From contig OX597834.1 of assembly GCA_951406725.2 (NCBI GenBank), positions 40,920,001 to 40,984,000 of the forward strand: a DNA stretch of 64,000 nt, given 5' to 3'. The notes beneath the pieces are model-generated. The model had not been told where the DNA came from, did not search any database, and was given only the letters and a program-made list of their open reading frames with translations. Origin of the DNA: Octopus vulgaris. Its lineage: Eukaryota. Every line of letters starts with the position of its first letter. Position 1 is the stretch's first letter. The position numbers and the translations under genes are program-made. Shown here in pieces: positions 1 to 13,282 of this stretch.

Positions 1-117
1 TAGCACTTGCATGTGCAAGTTGTTTGCAAGACATCTCTTCGAAGAAAGGAGACAGGATAGATAAGGGGTAAACAAATGGGGGTAAATAAAGAGAATGAGA
101 GTAGAGGAGATACTCAC

Positions 118-136
118 CATCTGTAAATCAACAATA
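118..136 (-). CDS. vav: Vav 19-nt microexon in DH-PH linker ((S)IVDLQM), phase 2 to 0
   Basis: ttgtttctctttgcag|TATTGTTGATTTACAGATG|gtgagt; continues the phase-2 frame to give ...IQN-S-IVDLQM, resembling Vav SIENL. Confidence 0.8.
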
Positions 137-878
137 CTGCAAAGAGAAACAAAACAAAAATAAAATCATGTTATATAAAAACAGGAGCTGCTTAATTCGA
201 AATGACACACAGCCATCACTGTTGTCATGCTACCGTTATTACAGACGCACTGAATTACAGCCAACCATCATCACTCTTGGGGCAAGGAGGGCTTGGTAAC
301 ATGTATCATGCTTTTGCTAATTGCTTCAAATTTATCAGCATTGACCCAGTGAAATATCCAGGATGTGACAGGAGGAGGAGGAGGAGAGAGAGAAGAGAGA
401 GAGAGAGCTGCACCAGCATCCCACTGGTACTCATTACAGTTGAGTAGGCTGAATCACCATGCAAGCAAATGAAAGACAAACCTCTATCTACATAGAATGT
501 CGGTCTATAACAAACTACATTTCACATAAGGTACATGTTCCTACAAATAACTAGGTGTGAACTGAATCAATGTAGAATAAAATGTTCTATTCCAGAAACA
601 CAAAACACTTGCAGCAAACTTACGACACAACAGCAAGCAGTCCAATATCTTATATATATAAAGCTGAAGTTGTCTGTGTATGGCAGGCTTGGTAGCCTTC
701 AACTAACACTATCTCCTCCGAGACAGTGTTAGCTGGGATATGGTGCAAGAGAATCCAAATGAACACTTGTTAGCACCACAACATTATTTAATTATCAATA
801 TCACAAATTTAATGTATGTGTGTTGTTTAATGCTTATAGCTACAGAAGTCTCTTTAAAGATATATAGTGTTAGAAAAA

Positions 879-1303
879 CACAGATAGGGAACTTCAGGCC
901 CATAACTCTGCTAAACACAGAGTTAAAGATTTTGGCCAAGGTGCTAGCGAAAAGGTTGGCGTGGGTCATGGACAAACTTGTTGGGGAAGCGCAAATGTGT
1001 GCTATCCCGGGTAGGACGATCCACGAAAATCTCCACCTTATATGCTACTCCTTAGAGAGGGTGGGAAAGCTGTCTGGCGTAGTGGGGACACTGGTACATT
1101 TAGACCAGTCTAAGGCATTTGATAGGGTCGACCATCAGTACTTGGCGGCGGTGCTCGAGAAGGCTGGTCTGGGCCCGACCTTCCACGGTTGGATTGCTGC
1201 GTTGTACAGCGACATCGAGTCCATCGTAAAAGCAAATGGTTTCCTTTCGAAGCCATTCAGGATCGAGCGCTCAGTGCGTCAGGGGTGTCCCCTGTCCCTG
1301 CTT
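879..1303 (+). mobile_element. L1/Tx1-like LINE reverse-transcriptase fragment
   Basis: GC-richer block inside ORF 740..1339 with RT motifs NFRPITLLNTELKILAK, LDQSKAFDRVDH and VRQGCPLS; truncated at both ends. Confidence 0.85.
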
Positions 1304-1954
1304 TCAAGGCTAGGCAAAACGAAATTGTCTTGGAAGTGAAACAGAAAGAACAACAGATAATATTGCAGTTTTTGCCGCTTGTTGGTGCTGTGTGCTCACT
1401 CCACTCCCCAAACGCATCTGCAACGCCAACCAGAAGTATATATAACTAGTCTCTTTGACAAAATACAACAGTTACAAGTTTTTAACAAAACACATCCATT
1501 AAGTATGTAATGTTGATGAAGTTTACAATACAGAGTTGCTTCTAATGCAAAATTTGAATGTTCACATGCTGGTGCCATGCAAAAAGTACCCAGTACACCT
1601 TATAAAGTGGTTGGCATTAGGAAGGGCATCCAAGGGTAGAAACTATACCAAAATGGCCAGTTGGAGTCTGGTGCAGATCTCCAGCTTGCTGGCTTCTGTC
1701 AAAACATCCAACCCATCCATGCCAGCATGGAAAACAAATACTAAATTATTACATGATTATGATGATGATGATGGTGTAATAATTTTACAAGTAGCAGTCT
1801 AGCCACCCAACCACTGACATAACCATCACACAAACTTACCGCTTCTACCATAACCACAACCATTTCCCCCCACTGATACTACTACTAATAGTACTACCAC
1901 CACCACCACCACCACCAGACTAATATCAGCAACAAGGATGGAGAGGAGTCCTAC

Positions 1955-2028
1955 CTGTTTTGAATTTCTTCAATAAGGTCAACAGCTTCATTGTCACGCT
2001 TCACTTCATTTACATATAATGATAAATC
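1955..2028 (-). CDS. vav: Vav exon, DH C-terminus (DLSLYVNEVKRDNEAVDLIEEIQN+AG), phase 0 to 2
   Basis: tctctttcag|GATTTATCA...CAAAACAG|gtagga; 74 nt; VNEVKRDNE is the Vav DH-end signature. Confidence 0.96.
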
Positions 2029-2808
2029 CTGAAAGAGAGAGAGAGACACACTCAATAATTATAAATGTGTGTGGTGTGAATATGTGTGTGTGTGTGCACA
2101 CGCATGCATGCAAATAAAAATCCAGAATCCAAAGAAGCTAGCAGTGGTGATAAGATATAAATTTCAGTAAGTTTTATATGCTTTTGTGCGAAGAAAGCTC
2201 TAACATGATGGACAAAGCCTTTAAGACAAAGAGATTTAAAAACAAAAAAAAAACAAAAAAAATTGTATCTTTCAGGTTATCAATATCTGGCAGTAAAGAA
2301 TTTAGATTCTATGGATTTGTGTGTGTGTTTGGGGTAGGAACAGAGTACTTGAGTTTGGTACTCTTTTTGCATTTTATTTCATTCTATATACACTACTCAC
2401 ACCAACAACAAATATACTCACAGCAAAACAGACACATAGACAGCAAAACACACACACAAAGACCACAATATTCAATGGATTTCCATTAGGTTTCGACAAG
2501 GAATATTCCAGTTCTCAAACTCAACTGTTTGGTCAATGAGTTGTAATGCATGTGGCTGAGTATTCCACAGTATTGTGTGATGAGGCTAACTCTTTGAATT
2601 ACAGTATGTAATCATGAGTTCCCAGGTTATGAAACCCAGGGCCTCAGGATTTCAGAGCTAACTCCTTTACCACACACCCCTGCCAGCATCTACACTACGC
2701 ACGTACAGTAGTATAGCACAATCATGGCTACAAATGCAACACAGCAGCATCATCATCATCATCAACATTTTGATTACACAGCAAAGACACTGAGTAAAGA
2801 TGCTTATA

Positions 2809-3186
2809 GGTGCAGGAGTGGCTGTGTGGTAAGTAGCTTGCTTACCAACCACATGGTTCCAGGTTCAGTCCCAGTGTGTGGCACCTTGGGCAAGTGTCTT
2901 CTACTATAGCCTCGGGCTGACCAAAGCCTTGTGAGTGGATTTGGTAGATGGAAACTGAAAGAAGCCCGTCGTATATATGTATGTGTGTCTGTGTTTGCCC
3001 CTCCCCAACATCACTTGACAACCGATGCTGGTGTGTTTACATCCTCGTAACATAGCAGTTCAGCAAAAGGGACCGATAGAATAAGTACTGGGCTAACAAA
3101 GAATAAGTCTTGGGGGTCGATTTGCTCGACTAAAGGTGGTGCTCCAGCATGGCCGCAGTCAAATGACTGAACCAAGTAAAAAGTAA
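2809..3186 (+). mobile_element. tRNA-derived SINE, family A (Octopus-type)
   Basis: Head GGTGCAGGAGTGGCTGTGTGGTAAG (A-box) and GGTTCAGTCCC (B-box), internal (TA/TG)n, tail CAGTCAAATGACTGAA...; near-identical copies at 4571-5047 and 58741-59153. Confidence 0.85.
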
Positions 3187-3239
3187 AAAAAAAAAAAAAA
3201 GTAAAAATAATATATTTTAGAAAACTTATAGAGACTGAC

Positions 3240-3311
3240 CTGCATAGCTTCCAAAGCTATTTCTAGATTCTTCCGATCATCATCCGTTTTATCTGTTTGC
3301 TTAATTAATTC
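3240..3311 (-). CDS. vav: Vav DH exon (ELIKQTDKTDDDRKNLEIALEAMQ), phase 0 to 0
   Basis: tctctgcag|GAATTAATT...GCTATGCAG|gtcagt; 72 nt. Confidence 0.95.
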
Positions 3312-3688
3312 CTGCAGAGAGAAAATGTTTAAAAGAAATAAACATAAAGACAAAGTAAGTGTGTGTGTGTGTGTGTGTGACAGAGAGAGCAAGAGAGAGA
3401 GAGAGAGAGAGACGGAAGGGGTTTATAATCCAAGCTGTGTCCTCATGAATGCAGTTAACATGTGTATAACTATTATCATATTCATAGTATTATTATTATG
3501 ATAAATAATAATTTTTATATTGGTTATGTATTTCCAATACTGTGATGAAGCATGTGTAATATAGAATTAAAAATACACAAAATTTTCCAGTCTTTGAATG
3601 TGTGTGTATGTGTGAGTATGTGTGCGTGTGTGTACAATTATATATACAATATAAAGAGAATATGAAGACAGAGTGTTTAAGGAGTATG

Positions 3689-4100
3689 GGGAGAGTTTAT
3701 GGAAGAAAACAAAAGACGAAGACGGGTGGTGTACAAAACAAACAAATGTATTAGTATAACGCTCAGGAATAGAAAATGTATTTTACGTTTCCAGCCTACG
3801 CTCTTCTACAGAAAGGGACAAAGAAAAAAACAAGAAGAGAAACAAGGAGAGAAAAAAAATTGTGTAGTGGCTATATATATATATATATATATATATGGAG
3901 AGTTTATGGAAAAAAAAAATGACGAAGACAGGTGGTGTACAAAACAAACAGATGTATTAGCATAACACTCAGGAATTGAAAAAGTCTTTTACGTTTCGAG
4001 CCTACGCTCTTCTACAGAAAGGGACACAGAAAAAACAAGGAGAGAAACAAGGAGAGAAAAAAAATGTGTGTAGTGGCTAACGATCTATCATGGCGACTCA
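3689..4100 (-). mobile_element. Two tandem copies of a ~200-bp (TA)n-associated repeat with a hammerhead-like fold (third copy at 6521-6726)
   Basis: 3689-3870 and 3897-4100 are clearly homologous and separated by (TA)n. Minus strand of copy 2 reads CUUU-CUGUAGA-A-GAGC GUAG GCUC-GAAA-CG-UA-AAAG. Confidence 0.7.
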
Positions 4101-4114
4101 TTTAAGGAGTATAC

Positions 4115-4210
4115 CTTCAGTAACAGATGATATTTGAGGACACGCTGCATCGGCACAGAGAGAAGGTCTCGGAGACGAAATTTTCCATCATTTGCTCTTG
4201 TCTGACACTC
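4115..4210 (-). CDS. vav: Vav DH exon ([32 protein letters not shown]), phase 0 to 0
   Basis: cttcaaag|GAGTGTCAG...CTGAAG|gtatac; 96 nt; near-identical to the Vav CR3 signature [18 protein letters not shown]. Confidence 0.97.
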
Positions 4211-4570
4211 CTTTGAAGTTTGAAAGAAGATTATGGAGAAAGAAAGAACAGAGTTAGATAAAAGCAAAAAAAAGAACAAGAATTTAGTCAATGATCAGTG
4301 ATAACAGAAGCAACGGAATCAAATTTGCAATAAATATATAATCAGTAATTATAATGGGGGACTTGAAACATTGTTTATCAAACAAAACATACATGTTTAA
4401 TGGCTGGTGTCAAAGTAGAGAACCAACAACATGTTGCTAATGTTTCTATTATAACTGTGTAGAGGGGGAAATTCATGGCTGATATTCAGTTTTGGAGTGT
4501 TACTCCCTAATACTTATAGTGCCAATAGACTTGCTTCTGGTCCTCTCAAGATATTTCAAATTTCCGCATA

Positions 4571-4814
4571 GGCGCAGGCGTGGCTGTATGGTAAGTAGCT
4601 TGCTTACCAACCACATGGTTCTGGGTTCAGTCCCACTGCGTGGCACCTTCAGCAAGTGCCTTCTACTATAGCCTCGGGCCGACCAAAGCCTTGTGAGTGG
4701 ATTTGGTAGACGGAAACTGAAAGAAGCCCGTCGTATATATGTATGTATATATATATATATACAAATTGAGATAGGGGTTGTGAATGCAACCCTCCATGGG
4801 ATTACATATATCCA

Positions 4815-4850
<36 letters not shown>

Positions 4851-5047
4851 CTGTTCCCCCAACATCGCTTGACAACCGATGCTGGTGTGTTTGCATCCCT
4901 GTAACTTAGCGGTTCGGCAAAAGAGACCGATAGAATAAGTACTAGGCTTCCAAAGAATAAGTCCTGGGGTCGATTTTCTCGACTAAAGGCGGTGCTCCAG
5001 CATGGCCACAGTCAAATGACTGAAACAAGTAAAAGAGTAAAAGAGTA
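4571..5047 (+). mobile_element. tRNA-derived SINE, family A
   Basis: Same head, body and tail as 2809-3186 and 58741-59153, with an expanded internal microsatellite. Confidence 0.85.
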
Positions 5048-6048
5048 TACATTGTCTTGCATGACCGTATGTCTAGGATTTTACGACTTCTAACCTTCTC
5101 CCCCAAACATCTCAACAAATCTCAGTACATTGTATGTGGTATATGCCTGAGTAAATTCAACAGGTAACAGATACATCATTTTATCACTGTCAGACAATTT
5201 CACACAATTTTTTTAATATCCAGTATGTAAGAAATAGTAAATGTAGGAAAGAAGACAGCAAACTTTCCTGCAGTTTCATGCAATTCAACTTGAAACCAGA
5301 AGCTTTCGGACACATTACATATTCCAAATACTGAGAATTTCTTGTGTAAACTAGTAGAAACTGGATCAGGAGAAATTTATAGGTGTAATTCCCTTTATCA
5401 TGATTTTGAAGGTGGCTATCTATATTGTAATGGAGAAATCTGCTTATTAATTAGGTATGTAGCAGTTAAAAAGAAAGCAATTATCAAAGGCTTGACCATC
5501 TGGAAATTTTTTTTATAATTTCATGTTCCAAGAAATTTCTTGCAATTTTGATTTCTGAAGTTTATTGAATATTTGAACTACTATTTGTTGCATTCACTGC
5601 AGAGTAGCTTTTAATATTAAAGATTAAGATTAATTAACAAACAACAATGACATTTATGCAAGTCAAAACAAAAAAGATGGCATTTTTGCACACTAAATGT
5701 AGTTGGACTACCTTGATGTTTGTTTAAAAAAGAGAGATTATGACTGTGATACAATGAAAGCAATATTTACTAAGCAAGTGAGCACTATTATACAAAGATA
5801 TAATTAGACATAAAATATCATAAAAATTATTAGAATTGAGAATCAAATGTGAAAAGCGCCTAGCAGAAAGCTGCCCAGAGAGCAGTTTTTTTCTGCTAGT
5901 TTGGCAAATGTTTCCAGAACTATGATCAAATATCGAAGATATTTTGGTAGTTCACAAGAGAGTTTTTCTGAACTAATGAAAGATGAATAGGCAACTGTGG
6001 AACAAACAAAAAATAAAAAAGATTTAAAAAGCAAATCAAGGAACTTAC

Positions 6049-6249
6049 TTCAATGGAATTTCTCACTAATTCACTACGCTTGCATGCTTCATCAATGAGG
6101 TCTTGTGCCTGGGGCAAGTTGGAACAAAAGTCCCCATAAATGAGAAATTTGGGTTTATGTTTAATGAACACCTCACTAATTTTAGGTACACCTTTCGAGC
6201 AGGCCTTCAAGAGTTCACTGTGAAAGGCCTGATGAACTTCCAAAAGAGG
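6049..6249 (-). CDS. vav: Vav DH exon (PLLEVHQAFH...FLIYGDFCSNLPQAQ...LVRNSIE), phase 0 to 0
   Basis: tccttattcag|CCTCTTTTG...ATTGAA|gtaagt; 201 nt; overlaps ORF 5926..6243; CR2 motif FLIYG.FCS. Confidence 0.95.
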
Positions 6250-6352
6250 CTGAATAAGGAGAAAGAAATAGAAACGTTAAAACATAGATGCAAGATACAA
6301 AATGCTGGAACAGAAATTTAGTTGGGGCGAAAAATATAAAGATCCCTCTTAC

Positions 6353-6421
6353 TTCTATGTGCTTGAATATAATTTCTCGCTCTTGTGGAGGTAAAACATT
6401 TCGAAGAGGTTTACTAAAATG
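6353..6421 (-). CDS. vav: Vav DH exon (HFSKPLRNVLPPQEREIIFKHIE), phase 0 to 0
   Basis: tcttttcag|CATTTTAGT...CACATAGAA|gtaaga; 69 nt; HF.KPL...L...E..IIF..IE DH motif. Confidence 0.95.
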
Positions 6422-6520
6422 CTGAAAAGATGTGGAAAAAAAAAAAACAATAATGTTTCAGACTGTTAACGTACTCTTTAGAGGTGAAGCATTTTTTTTA
6501 AAAGAAATATTTATATATAC

Positions 6521-6726
6521 ATGAGAGTTTATGAAAAAAAAAACAAAAGACGAAGACAGGTGGTGTACAAAACAAACAGATGTATTAGTATAACGCTCAG
6601 GAACAGAAAGTCTTTTATGTTTCGAGCCTATGCTCTTCTACAGAAAGGGACACAGAAAAAACAAGGAGAGAAAAAAAGGAAAGAAAAAAGGAGAGAGAAA
6701 AATGTGTGTAGTGGCTAACGATCTAT
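6521..6726 (-). mobile_element. Third copy of the 3689-4100 repeat family
   Basis: Shares GAGAGTTTATG...GACGAAGACAGGTGGTGTACAAAACAAACAGATGTATTAG...TTTCGAGCCTA.GCTCTTCTACAGAAAGGGAC...GTGGCTAACGATCTAT. Confidence 0.75.
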
Positions 6727-7065
6727 GTTTCAATCAACTCACTCTCCAACTGATATCAAGTGTCTTATTCTGGACACAGTGTATCAGAGTGAATTTGAAT
6801 GCATTATCATCATTACTGTCTTAACGTCTACTTTTCTAATGCTTGCATGGATTGGATATAGTTTATCGAGGCAAATTTTCTACAGCTGGATCCCTTTCCT
6901 GTTGCCAACCTTCACATGTTTCCAAGCAAGATAACATTTTTCCCCACGCCCAGATATGCTTTTGCAGAATACTGGAAATGAATGATACTGCTTGTATGAC
7001 ACTAGCCTTCATTCACAACTTTCATGCAATGTCAAGGAGACAGAGACACACACACACAGAAGTAT

Positions 7066-7110
<45 letters not shown>

Positions 7111-7790
7111 GTGTATATATATTCAACTTGGCAAGGTGATTTCACTAGGCAAAATGGTTTAACCAAGACAATAAGTGAACTGTGTGTTCAAGCTGGACAT
7201 TCCTACCACACTGATACTGTTCCAATATTTTCATCCCTCAGCTTGAGATCTAACGCAGAGTGTTCTACTCAGATAAACACTACGAGTATATTTGAATTTA
7301 TCACCCATAAAGAGGTTGCATTTGGGTCTTATCCACCTGACCTCTACTGTGTCAGAACTGAAATATGTAAAGTGGGGAATGAGGCATGTTTCAACTGAAC
7401 ATCAACCATAGCAATTTCAACAGTCTGAGAAAAGCTGACAAGGGTCGTGTGTACTTACCCTTTCGTCCAGACTATCTTACAAAAAGGAGAGAAAAGAGAA
7501 AAAGAAAGAAAAAGGAGAAATAAAGAAGGAAGGAAGAATGGTTTAGACATTCAGAGATCAACTCACAGATGCTCAAACTGAACATCAGCCAAAGTGATCT
7601 CAATGGCTAAGCCAGGAAGAAAGGGTCAGTGCTGATGATACTGATCCTCATCTCCTGACTCAAACATTCACGAAAAAAAAAGAAAGGGATGTATTCTCTT
7701 CCTTCTATTCTATATGAATGGAAGGCAGGGAGGTGGACCCCTGCTCCTTTTCAACTTAATACTGAGTCACTGAAAGAATAAATTACTTAC

Positions 7791-7889
7791 ATTCACAATC
7801 ATTAATAGGGCTTCAACATAATTTTTCTCTGTGTCAACCAACTCTTTGAGGCAGTGGTCCCGTTTTGTGGTTGGAGGTGGCATTCCCGT
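7791..7889 (-). CDS. vav: Vav exon, start of DH domain (TGMPPPTTKRDHCLKELVDTEKNYVEALLMIVN), phase 0 to 0
   Basis: cttacttacag|ACGGGAATG...ATTGTGAAT|gtaagt; 99 nt; DH CR1 motif KR..CL.E...TE..Y...L. Confidence 0.95.
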
Positions 7890-8749
7890 CTGTAAGTAAG
7901 CAGAAAGAAGCTATAAGACAGATTAACTATCGTAAAATGGCTACAATGCATTTCATAAATACCAATTTCATTTTACAGGGAATTTTATCATTATTATAAA
8001 TTATCATCATCTTCATCATCATCATCATCAAAGTCAGACTAAAATAAAATTTTAAAAAAAACAAATAAACATCTCAAATCATTTTTAAATGATATTAATA
8101 AGTTTGATAAAATTTTAGAAACTATTAACTATATCTTAAGGGATGAAAATGTTTTCATATTAATAATCAGCTTTATCTCTTGTCATTACTTGGTGTCTTA
8201 TTCTTGGAATATGTACATAGGAATTGATTTCCATTGGTTTCAACAATGAGCGTTCAGTTGTTTGATTAACTGAACTGCCAGGCTCATCGTATCAGTATCA
8301 GTAAGTAACTAAGCACTAACTACACAGACACATGTACCTTTGACATAATTCTAAGGCAGGATTTGTACAACAGGGTAACAAAACAAGATCCTTAAATTTC
8401 AGGTACAATCCATTCAACAGGCTCCCAAACAGCTTCTGTCCACCCATTTTCACTCATAAGGCTTGAATCAACCTGAGACTATGTTTAAATGACACTCTTA
8501 CCCCACGATGCCACACTTTAGAGAATGTGTTAGGGGTTGAAATGTAGATGAAGGGAGAAGTTGACAGGGCAGAGCCCCCTCGTGGACAGGCAAGTACATT
8601 GGATAATATAATGCTAGATACACTACGACTGGATGGTAAGGTAAATGAATTTCTGTCAGTTTCAGTAATGAGTAGTGAATAATTTGATCAACTGGACTAC
8701 CTGCTCAGTGAATTAGAATATGTGTGCCTTCAGTGTAATTCACACATGG

Positions 8750-8788
<39 letters not shown>

Positions 8789-11173
8789 ATGTGTGACAAG
8801 GCTCTATCTTTGAATTACAAGTGTAATCCATTCAATAAGATTCTTGCCCAAGACACCAAACAGATTGAACACAGGACCTGGTAATTACAAAGCTAGCAAC
8901 TTAACCATTTGTCCATGCCACATCCACTCTTAACCATTCGGTCAAGCTGTTTCCATAGATACGACTGAAGGACACTTTGGATACTGTAGTCCTAGAGGCA
9001 GTGTCTGAATAAAAAGCAAGATTAATCACAGCTTGACCACCATTGATCAAAGGTCTCTGATAGGAGTTTGAACAAGTTCTATCAATTAATCTAAGATTTA
9101 ATTATCAATTTGCAGTACAACCAAAAAAAAAAAATCTATATGCAATACAAATAAAATTGCATGTCTTATATCATTAATATCCCACATGTCATATATGTAA
9201 CATGACACATGTAATATGAGTAATATCGCATATAAAATATCACACATGCACTATAAATAGTAATATGTGTCTATATTTTACCAAAGTTATCTTGATTTAT
9301 TTCATATTCAATAAAATCTCATTTTTCATATTTATAAGCACACTATGTGTGTGTATGCATGTGTGTGTAGAAAACAGGCCAGTTGAAGTTGATTAAAAAC
9401 ATGTATCAATTATATAACATAAGATTAATATATTAGAGATAATATAAGATAATGTATTAAACCTAATCTGAGAATGGGGATGGCCCAGTGGATAGGAGGT
9501 GAGACAAGCAGCCAGGTGGTGATGGGTTTGTGTCCATGACAACAGCATTAAATACACTGTCCCTAACAAGAGTAGGAACACCTTGTATTGTTATGAGCGT
9601 AGTTATATTGTTAAGAAGTCCTCTTTGCATATACATGGTCCAGAGGTTCAATCCCATAGCACAGTACTTAGGCAAGTGCTTTCTTGCCTTGGGTTTAACT
9701 ATGCTTCATGAGTGAACATTGGTGTACAGGAACTTAACAGAAGCTCTGTGTGTGTGTTGTGTGTAGAGAGGGGAATAGTATATAGGTAAAAAATGGCAGT
9801 AAATCTAGTGTTTTCAAACACTTTGGGGTATTTTTTCTACTCGTGTAAAACAGGCTCCCCTTTATCACTCGTGATATCATATCACAAGTTGGAAACACAG
9901 AACCAGCCTTGCTATCATTCACAAAATGCAAGATACAAAGAAATATATTTAAAAAATATAACCTGCAGCTGTAAGCTGAGGCAATGCTGACAAGCTGACA
10001 GGTGTTCCATTAGCCTTCTGTGCTAAAATAAACTCTTTTTTTTTGAGAGGTAATATAGTTTTGAGAGGAATGTAAACTTCCATACAGCCTTTTACTCCTC
10101 TAGAGACACACTGCATGAAGAAAAATTACTTAATGGTACCCCAATGATATAATGAGGAAGGAATGACAGGTGACCGTGGCAGAATCTCAACTCAGAATGT
10201 AGAGGTATAGAAAAATGTAGAGCAAGGTATTTAGCACTGATTCTCAGGTGTTTTGACTTAGTGGTACACTGGAGATGAAACAAAGAAATTACTGATGCAA
10301 TTCATTCAGGAAGTTACATATAGAAAACTAATGCTTACCTTGTTTTATTTATCGCATTTGTGAATAATAATAATTACAAGTCTCCAAGATGCTCAAATAT
10401 TAATACAGATTTCTGTAAAAATTTATGGCAGTACTTTTGAGAAACATAGCTCTAATGTTTCTCTAAATTAACATTAGTGAATAGAATTTTTGAGCACTTA
10501 TGTAGATTTTAAAAAAATATTCATGCAGTCCTAACACTTCTCAACATCATATAATCATCCAATGTAATAAGAACATCATATCAGGTGTTATCTACCTCAG
10601 GTGTTTGGGTAGCATCCAGTGGATAATGTGTAAGTACAGCAGATATCAAGAAAAAGCTTCCATAATAATAATTGTTTCTAGTTTAATAATAATAATAATA
10701 ATAAATAACATAATTATAGTGATGATGATGATGATAACAATAAATGGTAATAATAATAATAATGAAGATCTATAACATTGGCAGAGGGTCATACATTTTA
10801 GGGAAGAAGAGATAGTTAATTATATATACGCGCACACACACACACACACATACATACAATATACAGGCCTCAGCAACCAGAAGGATACTTTGTTTTATCG
10901 AGTCTTGGCAGTTAGAAAAATCACTTTAAACCCAGTGAGATTGTAACTTTCTAGCATAGCCACAAGGTTTGAAATTTAGGGGAAGCAGGTGGTTAGTCAA
11001 TACCATCAGCCCAGTATTTCGTTGGTATTTAATTTTGTCAAACCCGAAAAGATGAAAGGCACAGATAACCCTGGTGTGGTTTGAACTCGTAACAAAAAGC
11101 TGGGAAAAATAACAAGAGGCATGTTATGCAATGCTCAGATCATTCTGCCAACCTATCAACCTCTATGTTAATA

Positions 11174-11314
11174 TAAGGTTGTCCCAAAAGTTCGTATAAA
11201 GTCTTGGAAAATAATGGTCTTTATTTTGAGGAATAATTTTTGTTGTTTTTGTTAGTACTTGGCGAGTAAAAATTCAATTTTCGCAAGTGTTTACAAACTT
11301 TTGGGACAACCTAA
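11174..11314. mobile_element. Tc1/mariner-type MITE
   Basis: Terminal inverted repeats TAAGGTTGTCCCAAAAGTT / AACTTTTGGGACAACCTAA flanked by TA on both sides. Confidence 0.75.
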
Positions 11315-12753
11315 TAATAACAAGCCCTCATATTGGGTGGTATAGAGGTGGACGAAGTCAATTAAATCAATTCCAGTACTTTGTCAAACCCAGATGGGTG
11401 AAAAGCAAAAAGTTGACCTCAACAAAATTTAAACTCAGAACATGAAGACCCAGAAGAAATACTGCAAAATATTTTGCTTGATGCTCTAACATTTTTGGCA
11501 ATCTATGAGAAAAGGGTAGTCATAAAAATAATAATAATTCTAATTTTGACACAACGCCAGCAATTTTTATGGAAAGGGATTAGTCAATTTCGTTGCCTTC
11601 AGTGTTCGACTTGTACTTATTTTATTGATCTCGAAAGGATCAAAGTTGATCTTGGTAGAACCTGGACTCAGAGTGTAAAGAGCCAAAGGAAATGCTGCTA
11701 AGCACATTGTCCAATGCACTACCAATTCTGCCAGCTCACTGCTATTATTATGCCCTGATGCAGTACCAGGCAGTAGCTCTTGTGGCCTTCTGATCTTAAT
11801 TGATTGGAAGTGTTATCATGTACATTGTTTTGTCTTGGTATAAAAGATGGTCTGCAGCAAATATTCTGCTCAATACCACAGATTTGCTTGTCAGTTGTTT
11901 GACCTTAACCAGTTGACCATGTCCCTTAGTGGCTGACAATATGTGCACCTCTTGGGAACAGTAAGAGGGTTCTGAGCACTTGATGGACTTAATGGAACCA
12001 TAGGGATATCTAAGGGAACAGGTAGTAACCACCCACATAAATTCTACCAGAAATAAGATCAAGAAGAAGAAAATAATAATAATAATAATCCTTTTTACTA
12101 TAGGCACAAGGCCTGAAATTTGGTGGGAGGAGACTACTCAATTATATCGACGTCAGTGCAGAACTGGTACTTGTTACATCGACCTCGAAAGAATGAAAGG
12201 CAATGTCAACCTCCGTGAAATTTGAACTCAGAATATAAGGACAGACAAAATGCTGCTAAGCATTTTGCCCAGTGTGCTAACAATTCTGCCAGCTCACCAC
12301 CTTAATGATGATGATGATGATGATGATGATGATAATAACAATAATAATAATAGTTTCAATTTTAGAATTACATCAACCCCAGTGTTGAACTGGTACCTAT
12401 TTCATTGACCCTGGATGGATTAAAGGCAAAGTCAACCTCAGCAGAATTTGAACTCAGAACATAAATAATTATAATCATAACTTGGGTGCAACTTAGCAAC
12501 TCACATAAACTAAAGCAAAACCAAAACATAATAATAATAATAATCCTTTCTACTATAGGCACAAGGCCTGAAATTTTGGGGGAGGGAGTCAGTCGATTAG
12601 ATCAACTCCAGTACACAACCAGTACTTAATTTACTGATCCCAAAAGAATGAAAAGCAAAGAAAACCTCAGCAGAATTTGAATTCAGGACATCAATTATAA
12701 TCGAGAGTTGGGTGGAACTTAGCAACTCACATAAATTAAAGCAAAGCCAAAAC

Positions 12754-12793
<40 letters not shown>

Positions 12794-13282
12794 TAATACC
12801 AGCAATTTTGAGAAAGGTCTAATTGATTAGACTGACGGCAGCAGTTAACTGATGCTTTATCATGAGAACTTTAATACGGATGAAAAACAAAATCCAAAAC
12901 AATCAAACAGCATTATTTAAAAGATTTTAACAGGAAGAAAGCTGCAGACCAAGTAGTACCGAATTATAAATGCTGAAATTATTAGTCTAAATTTTTAGCC
13001 ATTGTAACCCCACCCCCACCCACTCAGTTCTAGAATTAATATGAAAGAAGAGGAAGAGAGGAATGAATCTAACATTTGTAGACAAAGCGGTTTAGAAGTT
13101 CAATCGCAATACTCGGGGAGCATACATATGGAAAATATTACTTTAGTTGCTACGTTCAATTGTTATTTATTCCCAGGTCATTCCTGCGTGTGCAGACAGA
13201 GATACAAAAGTGTTCCAACCATGACCATCCAGTCATTTTTTTCTCTTTCTATATATATATTTTTTTCTATATCTAAGCACAG

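Noticed and set aside
740-1339. 199-aa ORF as a functional gene
   Set aside because: Only an internal LINE RT fragment, ending before the catalytic YADD motif and fused to random flank.
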